Source of the DNA: Octopus sinensis
Taxonomy: Eukaryota
Reading direction: 5' to 3'
Assembly (NCBI RefSeq): GCF_006345805.1
Contig: NC_043008.1
Coordinates: 20,212,001-20,276,000 of the forward strand
DNA length: 64,000 bases
Positions within the stretch are counted from its first letter, which is position 1, and every line of letters starts with the position of its first letter. The notes under the pieces were generated by a model, which was given only the letters and a program-made list of their open reading frames with translations, did not search any database and was not told the DNA's origin. Made by a program: the position numbers and the translations under genes. Shown in pieces: positions 51,259 through 64,000 of the stretch.

Positions 51259-51656
51259 TATTTCTTTACTACCCACAAGGAGTTAAACACAGACAAATGG
51301 ATTAAGTCGATTATATCGACCCCAGTGCGTAACTAGTACTTATTTAATCGACCCCGAAAGGATGAAAGGCAAAGTCGACCACGGCTGAATTTGGACTCAG
51401 AACGTAGCGGCAGACGAAATACCTATTTCTTTACTACCCCCAATGGACTAAACACAGAGGGGACAATCAAGGACAGACAAACGGATTAAGTCGATTACAT
51501 CGACCTCGGTGCGTAACTGGTACTTATTTAATCGACTCCGAAAGGATGAAAGTTAAAGTCGACCTCGGCGGAATTTGAACTCAGAACGTAACGGCAGCCG
51601 AAATACCGCTAGGCATTTTGCCCGGCGTGCTAACGTTTCTGCCAGCTCGCCGCCTT
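51259..51656 (-). mobile_element. SINE family C dimer
   Basis: Two bodies joined at CAGACGAAATACC|TATTTCTTTACTACCC. TSD ACAACCACTTGATACC/ACAACCACCTGATACC at 51243-51258 and 51657-51672. Confidence 0.92.
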
Positions 51657-51667
51657 ACAACCACCTG

Positions 51668-51930
51668 ATACCCTCTTTGTTTCATTGTCACTCTGATGTA
51701 ACGATGTTTTTCACCTTCTTTCTCTCCATAAATTCATTTAATAGTCTATTGCTGGGGTTTAAGCCAAAAATTTAGACTGTATGTATTTTAAACTCTGATA
51801 TTTTTTTAAAAATCGAAAAAATTGAACTTCGAAAACTTAATTTTTTTTTTTTTTTCATAATCTTACGATTTCCCTTGTGCAGAACAGAAATACATTAAAA
51901 TTTTCTGAAAGTTCCAAATAATAAATAAGA
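51668..51930. mobile_element. Fragment of the same TIR-element family as 59444-59959, opposite orientation
   Basis: Matches the reverse complement of ~59480-59765 (CATAAAT.CATTTAATA.TCTATT.CTGGG.TTTAAGC.AAAAATTT.GACTGT). Confidence 0.75.
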
Positions 51931-52768
51931 CTTATGACAACCTCAGTGCTCCGTTGGTACTTAATTTATCGACCATGAAACAAGGAAAAGCAAACTCGAT
52001 CTTGGCGGAGGAAACGTCTCTAAACATTTAGACCGGTGTGTTTACAACTCTGTCAGCTCGCCGCTTTACTTCATAAATATGCGAAAGAGAAGAATTAGAA
52101 TAGAAATTTAATTTACGAGCGTGTATATATGCATGGAATATATAAAATATAGTTTGTATATTTACAGTTAATATTGGCTCGCTTAAAATAAACATCGTAA
52201 GAAAAGTCGAGAATTGAGATTCGAATTTATTAACTATACTATAACCTGTATATATACGTGGAGCTATTTACAATTACAATATGAAATATCCATGTATGTA
52301 TACATGTATATTTATGTATATATGTATGAGTGTGTGTGTGTGTGTGTGTGTGTTTGTGTGTAGACACACAAGTGCTAGGACCGGCTTAAATTATACACCT
52401 TATGTGATAATATGGTAAGAATTTGGGATCCGAATTTACTAGACAAAACAAACTGGCTCTACGTGTAGGAAAACATACAATATGTTTTCTATATCAAATG
52501 TAGATATGAAGGTGATATTGGCTGGTTTAGATTCAACAAATTATACAAATAAAATCAGAAAAATTATGGATTCAAATTTACACATAAATCATACATCGCG
52601 TATATATGCGGTGAAATATATATAATTGAATTATTTTTGTTTTCTTTTTCTACACAGAAATATCTGTAGTTTTTAGACTTATAATCAAGGGTTGATTTCT
52701 TATATAGAAATCAGTTTAAATCTCAAAGAAGAGGGAGTGAGAGAGAGAAAGATTAAATGTAAGTGAGT

Positions 52769-52799
<31 letters not shown>

Positions 52800-53453
52800 C
52801 GTATTTTAAGTCAATTTTCTGTTTTACTGATATTTATAACATCGATATTGGAATAATGAAATGCAAATTCCAGCTCGAGAATATTTGAAAGAAAGATATA
52901 AGGCGACGTAAGGATATACTCTTGGCTTAATTAATTCAGCGATCCACATTCTGTCATACTGCCACAAATAATCCATGGTACTATTATAATTGTCACAATG
53001 TATGTTCGAGCAACATGCTCTTAACAACCAACCTTAACTACACAACATAATGGAAGACAATCAAAATTTTCAACATCATAAAATGACTTCGAAAGATACA
53101 ATTTAAACAAGCGTAACAATGGAATAATATTGAAGACATTAACTTGATTAAATAATGCGTCGAAGATCTATAAATTTATGCACTAAACCAGAAATTATTA
53201 TTTTTTTTTTTTTCAAATCAGAAATTTTATTTCGTGTTTCAAATTTAATGAAATCCGTACATAATTACATATTATTCTGTTAACTCTGGAATATTGAAGC
53301 GGGAAATGACATCCATTCCGATTTGAACTTAGAACACAAATGGCATGAGTTATTCACTGCAAGATATTTTAAGCTGGAACGGGTCAACCATCAGCTATCA
53401 ACTATTACGACGGTGACTATAACACCCGCGTCAACTACAACAGCAACAGCAGT

Positions 53454-53793
53454 GGTGGCGCAATGGCCCAATGGCTAGGGCAACGGACTTGCGGTCGGAT
53501 GATCGCGGTTTCGATTCCCAGACCGGGCGTTGTGTGTGTGTTTATTGAGCGAAAACACCTAAAGCTCCACGAGGCTCCGGCAGGGGGGGGCGACCCCTGT
53601 TGTACTCTTTCGCTCCAACTTTCTCTCACTCTTTCTTCCTGTTTCTTGTCCCCGACTACCTACGCAACCGCTGAGCCTGGATACGCATTCATCCATCTGT
53701 CGATGCCTTCTCTTCTGCGGGTCTTACGAGTAGCAAAGGACCACGTTTCGGACTTCTCCAATCTTGCGAGCTCTAGGACGAAGACCGTTCGCT
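53454..53793 (+). mobile_element. tRNA-derived SINE, head/body A + tail 3
   Basis: Same head and body as 25718 with an unrelated 3' ~145 bp. Imperfect TSD CAACAGCAACAgcAGT/CAACAGCAACAatAGT. Confidence 0.88.
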
Positions 53794-53956
53794 CAACAGC
53801 AACAATAGTAATACTTATTGCTTAAAATGTTTGACTGAAGGGCAGCAGTAGTATTTATTATTGTTATTATTATTATTATTATTGTTGTTGTTGTTGTTGT
53901 TGTTGTTATTGTTATTTTATTGTTATAGGCACATAAGACGGCGAATTAGCAGAATC

Positions 53957-54780
53957 GTTCAGGAGGAATTTCGAACCGAGGACGATGAATAGCTTCCAGA
54001 AATCCCTAGCTTGGCAGTGCTAACGACGGGCACTGCAGGTTAAAGATAAACTCTACAGGCACGGAGTGCTGTCAGACGGATCTGCCCGAGATGCGCGCAG
54101 AGCGACGAAACCACTCTACACACACTCGTCCAGTGTCCGTGCATTACTGACTTGTGGAGTTATGTTGAACAGCTATTATCACGTGTAGGACGGATCCGGC
54201 TATCGGCCGAGTCAACAGTGAAGATCAATCCGCCCCCTTTCCATTGTCCGGAAGGGCAGACAATTTTCTTCTGGCTGATAGCTGTAGCTATAGAGGTTGT
54301 ATGGTGGACCAGGTCGAAGGACTGAAAACAGACATTTTTCTCTTCGGCAAATCCCGCATCAACTTCTTCAAGTTTCACTTGGAAAGGAAGATGAGGGTGG
54401 AGAGAGAAGTGCTGCCTCTCAGTACATTTGCTAAAAGGTGGGTGAATGTAGCAAAAATGGTCCGTGTGACTAAACCTACGCTAATAATGTGTCTATAGGC
54501 TAGTGAATTTAGGGGAAGAATGGTAATCTTCCCGGATGCACTCGAAGCGTCGAGTGGTTCAGGATTGGTGGGGTACCTGAACCAACTCGATGTGGTTATC
54601 TACCCCTATAGGGAAACATTCATTGTTATATTCTTTTTCTTTGATATTATTGTTATTGTTTTTTTGTATTCGTTGCTTCTGTGTAAAATCCGCACTTTCC
54701 GTGTCTACTGTATTGTTCCCTATATGCCAGCTCTAGTGGACAATAAATGAAATAATAATAATAATAATAATAATAGTAAT
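53957..54780 (+). mobile_element. 5'-truncated Tx1/L1-clade LINE: ORF2 C-terminus (CCHC zinc knuckle), 3' UTR and (TAA)n tail
   Basis: FQKSLAWQC*RRALQVKDKLYRHG..ICPRCAQSDETTLHTLVQCPCITDLW..EVVWWTR..FAKRWV..IMCL* (stop at 54498), then AATAAA and (TAA)n. Confidence 0.85.
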
Positions 54781-54825
54781 AAAAACAACAACAACAATAA
54801 TAATAATAATAATAATATAATAATA

Positions 54826-54876
<51 letters not shown>

Positions 54877-54893
54877 TATTAATAATAATAATA

Positions 54894-54924
<31 letters not shown>

Positions 54925-54960
54925 GTTAATATTATTATTATTATTACTATTATTATTATC
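54750..54960. repeat. (TAA)n immediately followed by (TTA)n (self-complementary microsatellite)
   Basis: Strand switch near 54895. Confidence 0.92.
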
Positions 54961-54974
54961 ATCATAGGTACACT

Positions 54975-55580
54975 AGGTGGCGAGTTGGCAGAATTGTTAG
55001 CACGCTGGAGACAATGCTTAGCGGTATTTCACCCATTGCTATGTCCTGAGTTCAAATTCGGCCGAGGTCGACTTTGCCTTTCATAATTTCGGAGTCGATA
55101 AATTAAGTACCAGTGAAACACTGAGGACGATGAAAACGACTAGTCTCCTCCCCACACATTTCAGGCCTTGTGCCTTTAGTAGAAAGGACTATTATTATTA
55201 TTATAGGCACAAGGGCTAAATTATAGAAATGGCTCGTCAATTACATTTACTCAATACTTCATTGCTATTTTGCTTTATCGATCCCGAAAGGAATGAAAGG
55301 CAAAACAGACCTCGATAGAATATGATCTAAGAACGTAGAGCTAGAATAATTCACGGAAGCATTTTGTCCGACGCGGCAACGATTCAACCAGTTCGCCATC
55401 GGAAAGCCAGCAAGAATATTAAAATAATTCATTTGGCGAGTTTATTACATCGACCCCACTACTTATTGGTACTTTATTTTATCGACCCCGAAAAGATAAT
55501 GAGCCCAGATGACGTAGGAGGGATTTTGAGAGATACCGCGAAGACTTTTACTCATCCTTTAATAACTCTGTCCAGTCGCC
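54975..55580. mobile_element. Cluster of SINE family C copies: plus 54975-55190, decayed minus copies 55203-55400 and 55440-55580
   Basis: GGTGGCGAGTTGGCAGAATTGTTAG head; GAGTTCAAATTC; GTCGACTTTGCCTTTCAT; CCCGAAAG body matches. Confidence 0.8.
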
Positions 55581-55739
55581 AACAGTGGATGTTTTTTCTT
55601 CTGGTTTTGACATGTGACTGGTTCCGGCTGGAAATAACAGATAACGGAATACTTTTTCCCTATTGTTGTGCTTATTGAATATAAAATATAATTCATAGCG
55701 ATGCCAAGAGACGTTTACTGACAAAAAAGCAAAAGAAAA

Positions 55740-55929
55740 ACAGCAGCAACAGCTGTGGGAGTGGCAGAAGAGAAAGAAGTAGCAGCAGAAGCGGCAATAG
55801 CAACAGCAGCAGCAGCAGTAGTAATTGTAGTAAGGGGAGGAGGAGGAGAATGTGTGGTAAGAGGGTGGAGGATGTGGAGGAGAGGAATGATGATGATGAT
55901 GATGATGATATTGATGGTGGTGGTGGTGG

Positions 55930-55970
<41 letters not shown>

Positions 55971-56033
55971 GTGGTGTTGGTGGTGGTGGTGGTGGTGTGG
56001 TGGTGGTGGTGGTGGTGATGATGATGATGGATA

Positions 56034-56067
<34 letters not shown>

Positions 56068-56292
56068 GATGATTATGATGATGGATATGATGAGGATGAT
56101 GATGATGATGATGATGATGGTGATGGTGGCGGTGATGATGATGATGATGGATATGATGAGGAGGAGGAGGAAGATGATGATGATGAGGATGATGATGGTG
56201 GTGGTGATGATGATGATGGATATGATGATGATGATGATGATGATGATTATGATGATGGTGGTGGTGAGGAGGATGACGACGACGACGACGAA
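55740..56292. repeat. (GCA)n/(GAT)n/(GGT)n low-complexity tract
   Basis: Triplet runs; these explain the poly-M/D/V/G ORFs. Confidence 0.95.
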
Positions 56293-57011
56293 GGAAAAGA
56301 AAGCTGGCGTTTCTTTGGTTGATAAATCACGTCAGATCTGATTGGATAGGGTTATTGATTTAGAAATACAATCATTTAACTATTTCTACTTTCTCTTTCC
56401 ACCTCTCTTTCTCTCTCGCTCTCCTTTTAGTCCACAGTAGAATTATTATTGCATACGTAAACGAATGTGGAATTTAAACTAATGCAAAGAATTATATGTT
56501 TGCGCGAGAGAGTCAAAGAAAGAAGAATGCATTTAGAAAAATTAATTAGAAAAAATATTACGATCATTCGAAATGTAAAGAAATCTAATCATAATATTCA
56601 TTACCAATGTACAAAATAAATTCAAGATTTTCTGGATTCCATTGACCTTTCATACTAAATATTTCAAAACGCTTTTGGGGGGTCTTCATTGGTCGTTTTA
56701 TATTGTATTTTGTGAAATGTTTTCTTGGCTGTTGATGTATGTTTAATGTGTTACTAATATTTTGCTTATATTTTCATGCAATGAATAAATTACCATGTTC
56801 TATGGAGTTCGCTTATCCATATAAAAGAATAGGCTTTAATATACTGTCGATTCATTTACAATTATTTTATCTAAGAGAAAAAGTCATGGGTACTTTTTAG
56901 ACTATTTTAACGCATTTACTAATAATTTGTTTAAATTATTGGTATGGACTGAAGGATACTTGGTCAATGGATAGTGTAGGTGTTCCAAGACCAGTAATAT
57001 CGATGAATTAC

Positions 57012-57415
57012 TTATTTCTTTACTACCCACAAGGGGCTAAACACAGAGGTGACAAACAAGGACAGACAAACGAATTAAGTTGATTATACCGACCCCAGTG
57101 CGTAACTGGTACTTATTTAATCGACCCCGAAAGGATGAAAGGCAAAGTCGACCTCGGCGGAATTTGAACTCAGAACGTAGCGGCAGACGAAATACCTATT
57201 TCTTTATTACCCACAAGGGGCTAAACATAGAGGGGAGAAAGAAGGACATACATAGCCAATTACATCGACCCCAGTGCGTAACTGGTACTTAATTTATCGA
57301 GCCCGAAAGGATGAAAGGCAAAGTCGACCTCGGCGGAATTTGAACTCAGAACGTAACGGCAAACGAAATACCGCTGAGCATTTCGCCCGGCGTGCTAACG
57401 ATTCTGCAAGCTCGC
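57012..57415 (-). mobile_element. SINE family C dimer
   Basis: Same internal junction as 51259-51656. TSD CGATGAATTAC/CGATAAATTAC. Confidence 0.92.
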
Positions 57416-57859
57416 CGATAAATTACCGTTTTTCCAGAGAAATTTCAAGTTGATCGTCACAGGTAATAACGCTCAGGGAGGAAATCTCACAAATCAAAGA
57501 ATTTTACAGGTTATTGTGGGAAGTTCAGTCAAATTATAAGTGGGGAGACAAACGGAGAGCGATCGTTCGAGTCGGAAGATCTCAGACGTTCTGCCGATCG
57601 ACCGACTAGTTTCAAGGAGTAAGGAACATTCGATGTGGGGGCAGGAAGGGCACGAAAAATTGACTGCAGGTCTCTGACATTGAATGAAATGTGGTAGTAA
57701 TGGCGGTGGGTTCTATATCAATCATTCATGTCGCCTTGCTTTCAATGCAATCAAGGTAGTCTCTGTATGTTCGTGGACGTATGTGTGAAAGTGTGCGTGT
57801 GTGTGTTTGGATGTATGTGTGCGTGTTCGTTTGTACGTGCCTATGAGTTTGTGATTGTA

Positions 57860-58109
57860 TTGGGTTGGTGCATAATTATTGCGGCTTTTTTTTTCAACAA
57901 ATTTTATTCAACAAATACAATAACATGTAACAAAAATGTATTTAAATGATTCTTCCGGAGCATATTCACCATCTACTTCAATTACTGTTTCCCATTTGCT
58001 TGGCAGACAATCAGACCGTCATTTAAAGATGTTTTAATTAAATGTTGTTATTGTTTTTATGGAATAAAATTTGTTGTAATAAAACCGCAATAATTATGCA
58101 ACGACCCAA
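57860..58109. mobile_element. mariner-type MITE with long (~90-bp) TIRs
   Basis: TA|TTGGGTTGGTGCATAATTATTGCGG..CCGCAATAATTATGCAACGACCCAA|TA; pairing extends through CAACAAATTTTATTC..AATAACAT..TTTAAATGA. Confidence 0.85.
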
Positions 58110-58747
58110 TATGTGTAAAACCACCCCCGCTCCAGACGTGTGAATGGTCCCCCTTTTCTTTATCTCACAGTATGTATATGGTTTGAGCCGCCTTATTCAA
58201 ACCATATCCAATAATCCAGAATCAGTGTCGACTTTATTAATGTTGACCGTAATCTGTTCGAGTTGGGTATAAGTAAATCACAGATGGCAAATGCGAGGGC
58301 TGGAAAAGAATTTAACGTAGGATGAAAGTGGTGTAGTAACAGATGGTTACAAGGAGACATCGTTAAACATGACATCAGACCACGACACATAGTTGAACAT
58401 TATAATCTGAGATTAGCTATAAATCTTATATAATTGTCGTTACCCTATCTTTACGACAGCATAAATACGGTGTTGTCAGATAAAGTGATAATTCTTATAA
58501 ATATGGATGTAATAATTCCATTCCATGTAGTTATGTTTGGGGCACAGATCCACAGAGGTTTAAATACTCAACCCATGAAACAGAATATTAACTATGATAC
58601 AGTTCAGACAACCGGATTATTGTAATATTGTATGTCATAATAACACAAAACAGGTGTCGATCTGTTATAATTCTAGGATCTAAATTTTGAAAATCAATAA
58701 CATATCAGAAAATTTGAATACATGTTTGCGTAAAAACAAACGAAGTC

Positions 58748-59180
58748 GGATCTGTTCGTTTGAACGGCAGTTTTTTCTAGCGGTGTCATATGAAATTGTC
58801 ACCCATAATTATGACCCTAGTAACGATCTATAAGCATTTCAATGTGTTTTAGAGTTAGAGTTAGTTAGGGTTAGGGTTAGGGATGGGGGGAAGTGTATCT
58901 TTTTTTCTTCAGAAATGTAAATAAACCCAATCTGTTTCTTAAACAAGGGACATATTCATAGGGCACAGAATGTTTTCACCTCAATAGACGTCATTGATTG
59001 GTTGAAATTGCAGAAATTGCAGAAAAAACCAACAAATATCTTACAACCTATATAATTTTCTCAATAAAGCCAAGAGAAAAAGATGTTTTATAAACACATT
59101 CTACCAGTATACGAAGCTTAAAAGTGTTTAGTTTCGTCGAAATTTTTTTTAAAAAACTGCCGTTCAAACCGAAAAGATCC
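58748..59180. mobile_element. Second copy of the GGATC MITE (Merlin-like) with internal (TTAGGG)n
   Basis: Perfect 8-bp TSD ACGAAGTC at 58740-58747 and 59181-59188; collinear with 28392-28813. Confidence 0.92.
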
Positions 59181-59443
59181 ACGAAGTCTTTAGTGTTAAA
59201 TCTAAATTGAACATGATATAAATAGAAATATTGTTATTTCTAAGTCCCTCTAAATATAGTCAGTTCTGTTAGGGTAGCAAACTGCCAGACACCTTAACGT
59301 TCCGGGTAAAATGCTTAGGGATATTTCTTTCGATTTCACCTTTCTGAGTTCAAATACCGCGGGGGTCGTTATTTGTTTTCATCCATGGGGTGTGCATGTG
59401 AAATATAGTGAAGTGAAACAGATTGTAGTAGTAAAATAGACGG

Positions 59444-59959
59444 AATTCTGCTTTAAGCACACCATATTACCCCTCTAGAAATTTTTCAGTTTTTTGGAAT
59501 TCTCCAAGGAATTTTATGTATTTGTGTTCTACACACAGGAAATTACACAGCTAATAAAAATAAAAAATAAAAAGCTCTTGAAGTAATTTTTTTCGTTTGA
59601 TTTTTTTTTGGGGGGGGGGATATTTTAAAAAATCAGAGTTTCAAATATAGACAGTCCAAATTTTTGCTTAAATCCCAGAAATAGATTATTAAATGTATTT
59701 ATGAGGAGAAAGATGTTGAAATATATATATATACAGCCGAGTGACAAAGAAATGAGGTGGGTATCAAATGGTCGTGAGATGTACTGAAAATAACAGCTAC
59801 TAGCCCTTAAAGGATACACCCCAAAATTTTCTTTGTTTTGTTTTGGTGTTTGCAAAATTATGATTTCCCGTGTATAGAATACAAATTCACAAAAATGTTC
59901 TGAAAATTCCTAAAAATAAAAATAATAATGAGATTACGTGGCGTGTTTAAAGCAGAATT
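59444..59959. mobile_element. Non-autonomous DNA transposon with ~110-bp degenerate TIRs
   Basis: AATTCTGCTTTAAGCACACCA / TGGCGTGTTTAAAGCAGAATT; inner ATTTGT.TTCTA.ACAC.GGAAAT pairing; superfamily unclear. Confidence 0.7.
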
Positions 59960-60431
59960 GCACCGTAAATCATTTACAAATGACATGCTTTGATAGCAAC
60001 AGACAAGTAAATTAGCTGTGCGACCATACATTAAATATTAACTCTTTATTTATGATTATGTGCGTACACATTCATGTACACAGAAGTAAAAATTAAATGT
60101 ACTCACTGCATAAACGCGCAACCGCGCGCACACACACATGTATACACACATACATACATGCACTTGTATAATAACTAAAATGTGGTTTTTGGCAAATTCA
60201 TTAAAATGTCACGTAGATTGCCTTACGGTAATCATTGTGGCTCATTCTGCTCGGCGTTCAATTCCTTCAAAGGTTAAACTTATCTTCCATTGTTAGGGAA
60301 CTTTACATAAATTACTAATATTGTAGGGGCAATTTTCCCCTCTCTCTCTCTCTCAGTAAATCTATCTCACCCTTTCTCTCTAACTAAATCTCCTTCTCTT
60401 TCTCATCTATCTCATTAAATCTCTCTCACTT

Positions 60432-60470
<39 letters not shown>

Positions 60471-61205
60471 TGTGTTGACGCCCCCAGGCGATGAAGTAGG
60501 CTAGCGCAATACGTAGATATAGAGGGAGAAGTCTAGACGTCGAGGGGTTGCGTAGAGGTTATCTGTACGTGCGATATAACAGTGGCAACGAGGATGAGAT
60601 GCTCACACAGCCACTGTGTAGTATTGCGATATAACTCTCTCTCTCTCTCTCTCTCACACTTTTTTCTCTGTCTGTCTATCTCACCTTTCTTTCCGTCTCT
60701 TTTGCTACCCATGGAAGGAATCTATGGTCAGATCTGGAATGAGATTGGTCCCAAAGTTCTCCATGCGCCACGTATGTGATGATGGGTTCCCTACGATACA
60801 GCAAGCATTTGAGGGTTCATATCATGGCATAGCATTTCGTGTAAAGTCACAGACAACTAAAACCAGGAATAACTGTACCGATCAAACAAAATGTGATGAC
60901 GGCAGAATTAATTTCACGCTTGAATAAATTACTTGAATTCAATATTGAAGGTTTAAAGTTTCAGACGTTAATCCTACTTCAGATAGGAATCGAACAAATT
61001 TTGCAGAAAAAAATGAAAGAGAAAGAGTGGCACAATGGAAGAATTTAGTAAAAATAATCCATATTCTGCAAAAGCTGTATACTTATTTACTTATATAATT
61101 GTGTTCGTGTGTATGTCTATACAACAATTCGTCGATGATCGCGGGTGTTACGTTCCTCAAAACACCACGGTAGATGAAAGCCCACGAAATTGAAACAGCA
61201 CCGTA

Positions 61206-61236
<31 letters not shown>

Positions 61237-61433
61237 CCCTTCTGTCCGACGTCAGTCGCCATGATAGATCGGTAGCCACTACACACACTTTTCTCTCTCC
61301 TTGTTTTTTCTGTGTCCCTTTCTGTAGAAGAGCGTAGGCTCGAAATGTGAAGCACTTTTTTCTATTCCTGAGCGTTATACTAATATTTCTGTTTGTTTTG
61401 TACACCACTTGTCTTCGGCTTTTGTTCTTTTCG
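61237..61433 (+). mobile_element. Short PLE-like element in (TA)n with variant HHR (61314-61355)
   Basis: CTGTAGA-a-GAGC gtag GCTC-GAAATGTG; same family as 27096; both ends abut (TA)n. Confidence 0.7.
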
Positions 61434-61489
<56 letters not shown>

Positions 61490-62182
61490 CATATAATATA
61501 TATATATATATATATAATATATATATATATACATATATACATATATATATTTTATTAATTTGTATACATTTATTTTATTATAAATGCAAAACAGTACCAC
61601 AGAGGAATCAACGTAAGCATAAATAACAAACGGCGATAAGTGAACCGTGATATGGCGTGGGATTACTGTACATGTATAGAGATGTATGTATGCACGTTTG
61701 TATGTATTTATTCCCGGCATTTGCCCAGAAAGTATGAATTAAAGAACTAAAGACTCAGAGGTATTAGTTTCTTAGAGTAGAGGATAGTAACGTAGACTAT
61801 TTTAAAATATTATGCGAACGTTATTGGAGAAACACTTATATTAATAATTTTTACAGTACCATGCGAGCGATATTCATAGAAAAGCAGTTGTTTTGAGGCG
61901 TAATTTGTACCTTCCTGTTGGAGAATAATCTAAATGCATTCTTGCGCTTGTTATCATCGTATGTTGTATCAAAATCGTAACGTTCGAGAGATATAACTAT
62001 ATATTAAAAAATTCCTTCCTGAAATCATGTTACGCTTTAAACAGACCTTTTTGGAATCATGTCGGAAACGTACATAGGCACACAAATACATACATATACA
62101 TACCGACACACACACACACACGGTCACACATAGACATATACCCACTTGCTTACCTACATATACATACCTACATATCATATAT

Positions 62183-62322
<140 letters not shown>

Positions 62323-62351
62323 ATTATATATATTATATATATATATATATA

Positions 62352-62416
<65 letters not shown>

Positions 62417-62906
62417 ATATATATAATATATATAATATATATAAATATATATATACTTAAAATATGTAACGTAAACGGAAGGAAGTGGATACCAATCACG
62501 AATTCATGATAAAAAGAGAAAAAAATTGTTTTTTATCCTAGACATAATTACAAGATAAAAGCGTATAATTCTGTAAACAAAACAATACCCTCGCTTAGCG
62601 GTCTACAAAACGGAAGTTATTTCAAAAGTAAACGGCCATATACACTCGGAGCTCATTATAGCAAAAGACACAGGATATTCTAAACAAAGACGAATTATCG
62701 TAAATTTTCTATCTGATATACCTCGGGGTAGATTCACTACATGAAAACGGTAAACAATCTCTTATGTAAAATTGAGAAACGGTAGTCACATACTTACGCA
62801 CCTACGCGCTCACACACACACTCACACACACACACACACACGTGTATGTATACTACAATTGGAGAGAGAGGAGGCAGATAGACGATAGATATACTTACAT
62901 ATAGAT

Positions 62907-62953
<47 letters not shown>

Positions 62954-63071
62954 TGTGTGTGTGTGTGCGTGTGTGTGTGTGTATGTGTGTGTATATACAT
63001 TCATTTATTCTTTTATACGCTTCAGCCCTAAAGCTGCTCTCTTGTTGGCGTACTGTGTGTGTGTATGTATG

Positions 63072-63126
<55 letters not shown>

Positions 63127-63410
63127 ATGTGTGCGTGTGTGTGTATGTGTGTAGGTGTCTGTGTCTCTAGTTGTGTGTGTATGTATGTATGTATGCATGT
63201 ATGCATAACATCACTGAGGCTATATAAGTATATACAACTAAATGTAAGCTGGTTAAATATTCGAGGAGTGTATTTTCCGCACATGATATACAAGAAGGCC
63301 AATTAAAGCTAAATATAACTCCAGACGGATTATGAAATATATAAACAGAACTAAATATCTGAATATCATGGAAATATATATGTGTGTGTATGTGTGTGTA
63401 TGTGGATGTG

Positions 63411-63441
<31 letters not shown>

Positions 63442-63496
63442 ATGTATATGTAAATACATACACACACACACAGACATATATATATATATATATATA

Positions 63497-63780
63497 CTAG
63501 CAGAGAGACACCCGGCGTTGCCTGTGTCACATGGGATTGAAGAATTAGACATTTCTTTTATATTTCCTCTAATGAAATGGAGTACATATGTGCCTCCAAA
63601 CTTGGAAATTAAGAATTTTAATGGGGTTTTTTTTCCCTCTTTACACACCCTGACAAAAATTCTAATCATGATATATTTATCCCATACAACCCATCTTTAT
63701 GCCCAGTTTCCAAATTCCAAATGTTATAAAACCTATTCAAATGTTTTTGCTCCTGAAAAATGGAGCGCATAGGAAACATG
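63497..63780 (-). mobile_element. Helitron-like element 3' end (5' extent uncertain)
   Basis: Minus strand ends ..CACAGGCAACGCCGGGTGTCTCTCTG-CTAG|T: a degenerate GC-rich subterminal hairpin about 10 nt before CTAG, inserted in (TA)n. Confidence 0.6.
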
Positions 63781-64000
63781 GAGATCTTATTAAGTTAAGG
63801 CTTCTATAAGGGGCCTCTTAAAGTCAACCAGAGAAATTGGATTGTTGGGAACATTTTCAGCTTGTGTTTTATATTTGTTGTGCAAATTTCTGTGAAATTG
63901 GAAATACATGAATTTTTACTTGGTTTGTAAAAGAGAGCAAAGCTGTAGGAAACCAAAAGACGAATGATCACAATAAGCAGTCAGCTACCCTACCCTAGGC

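Noticed and set aside
61167-61205. ACGGT-AGATGA...GAAACAGC-ACCGT as a hammerhead
   Set aside because: Helix I pairs but helix II does not, and the core and cleavage site are too degenerate to call.

Overview
AT-rich, microsatellite-saturated eukaryotic non-coding DNA (intron or intergenic). The SINE families and the (TA)n/(CA)n/(GATA)n load point to an Octopus genome; this is inferred from repeat content and not confirmed by a search. I find no supportable host protein-coding exon, and nearly all listed ORFs are translations of microsatellites or SINEs. The window holds many decayed transposons: an R4/Dong-type RLE retrotransposon (272-3530, minus), a Penelope-like (PLE) C-terminal remnant, an RTE 3' end with C2H2 fingers, a Tx1/L1 3' end, mariner/Tc1 derivatives and MITEs, two copies of a GG..CC MITE with 8-bp TSDs, two Helitron-like ends, and many tRNA-derived SINEs, several with clear TSDs. 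The most interesting signal is about 14 type-I hammerhead-ribozyme (HHR)-like motifs from several families. Most have the PLE-type palindromic helix III and sit in short elements that abut (TA)n or form inverted structures. One is the tail of a tRNA-headed SINE, three have greatly extended helix II, and one family carries a shared non-canonical core. Also notable are combinatorial SINE head/tail shuffling, a tandem SINE tetramer inside one TSD pair, and several long fold-back inverted repeats. All structures were read by eye; no folding or database search was run.
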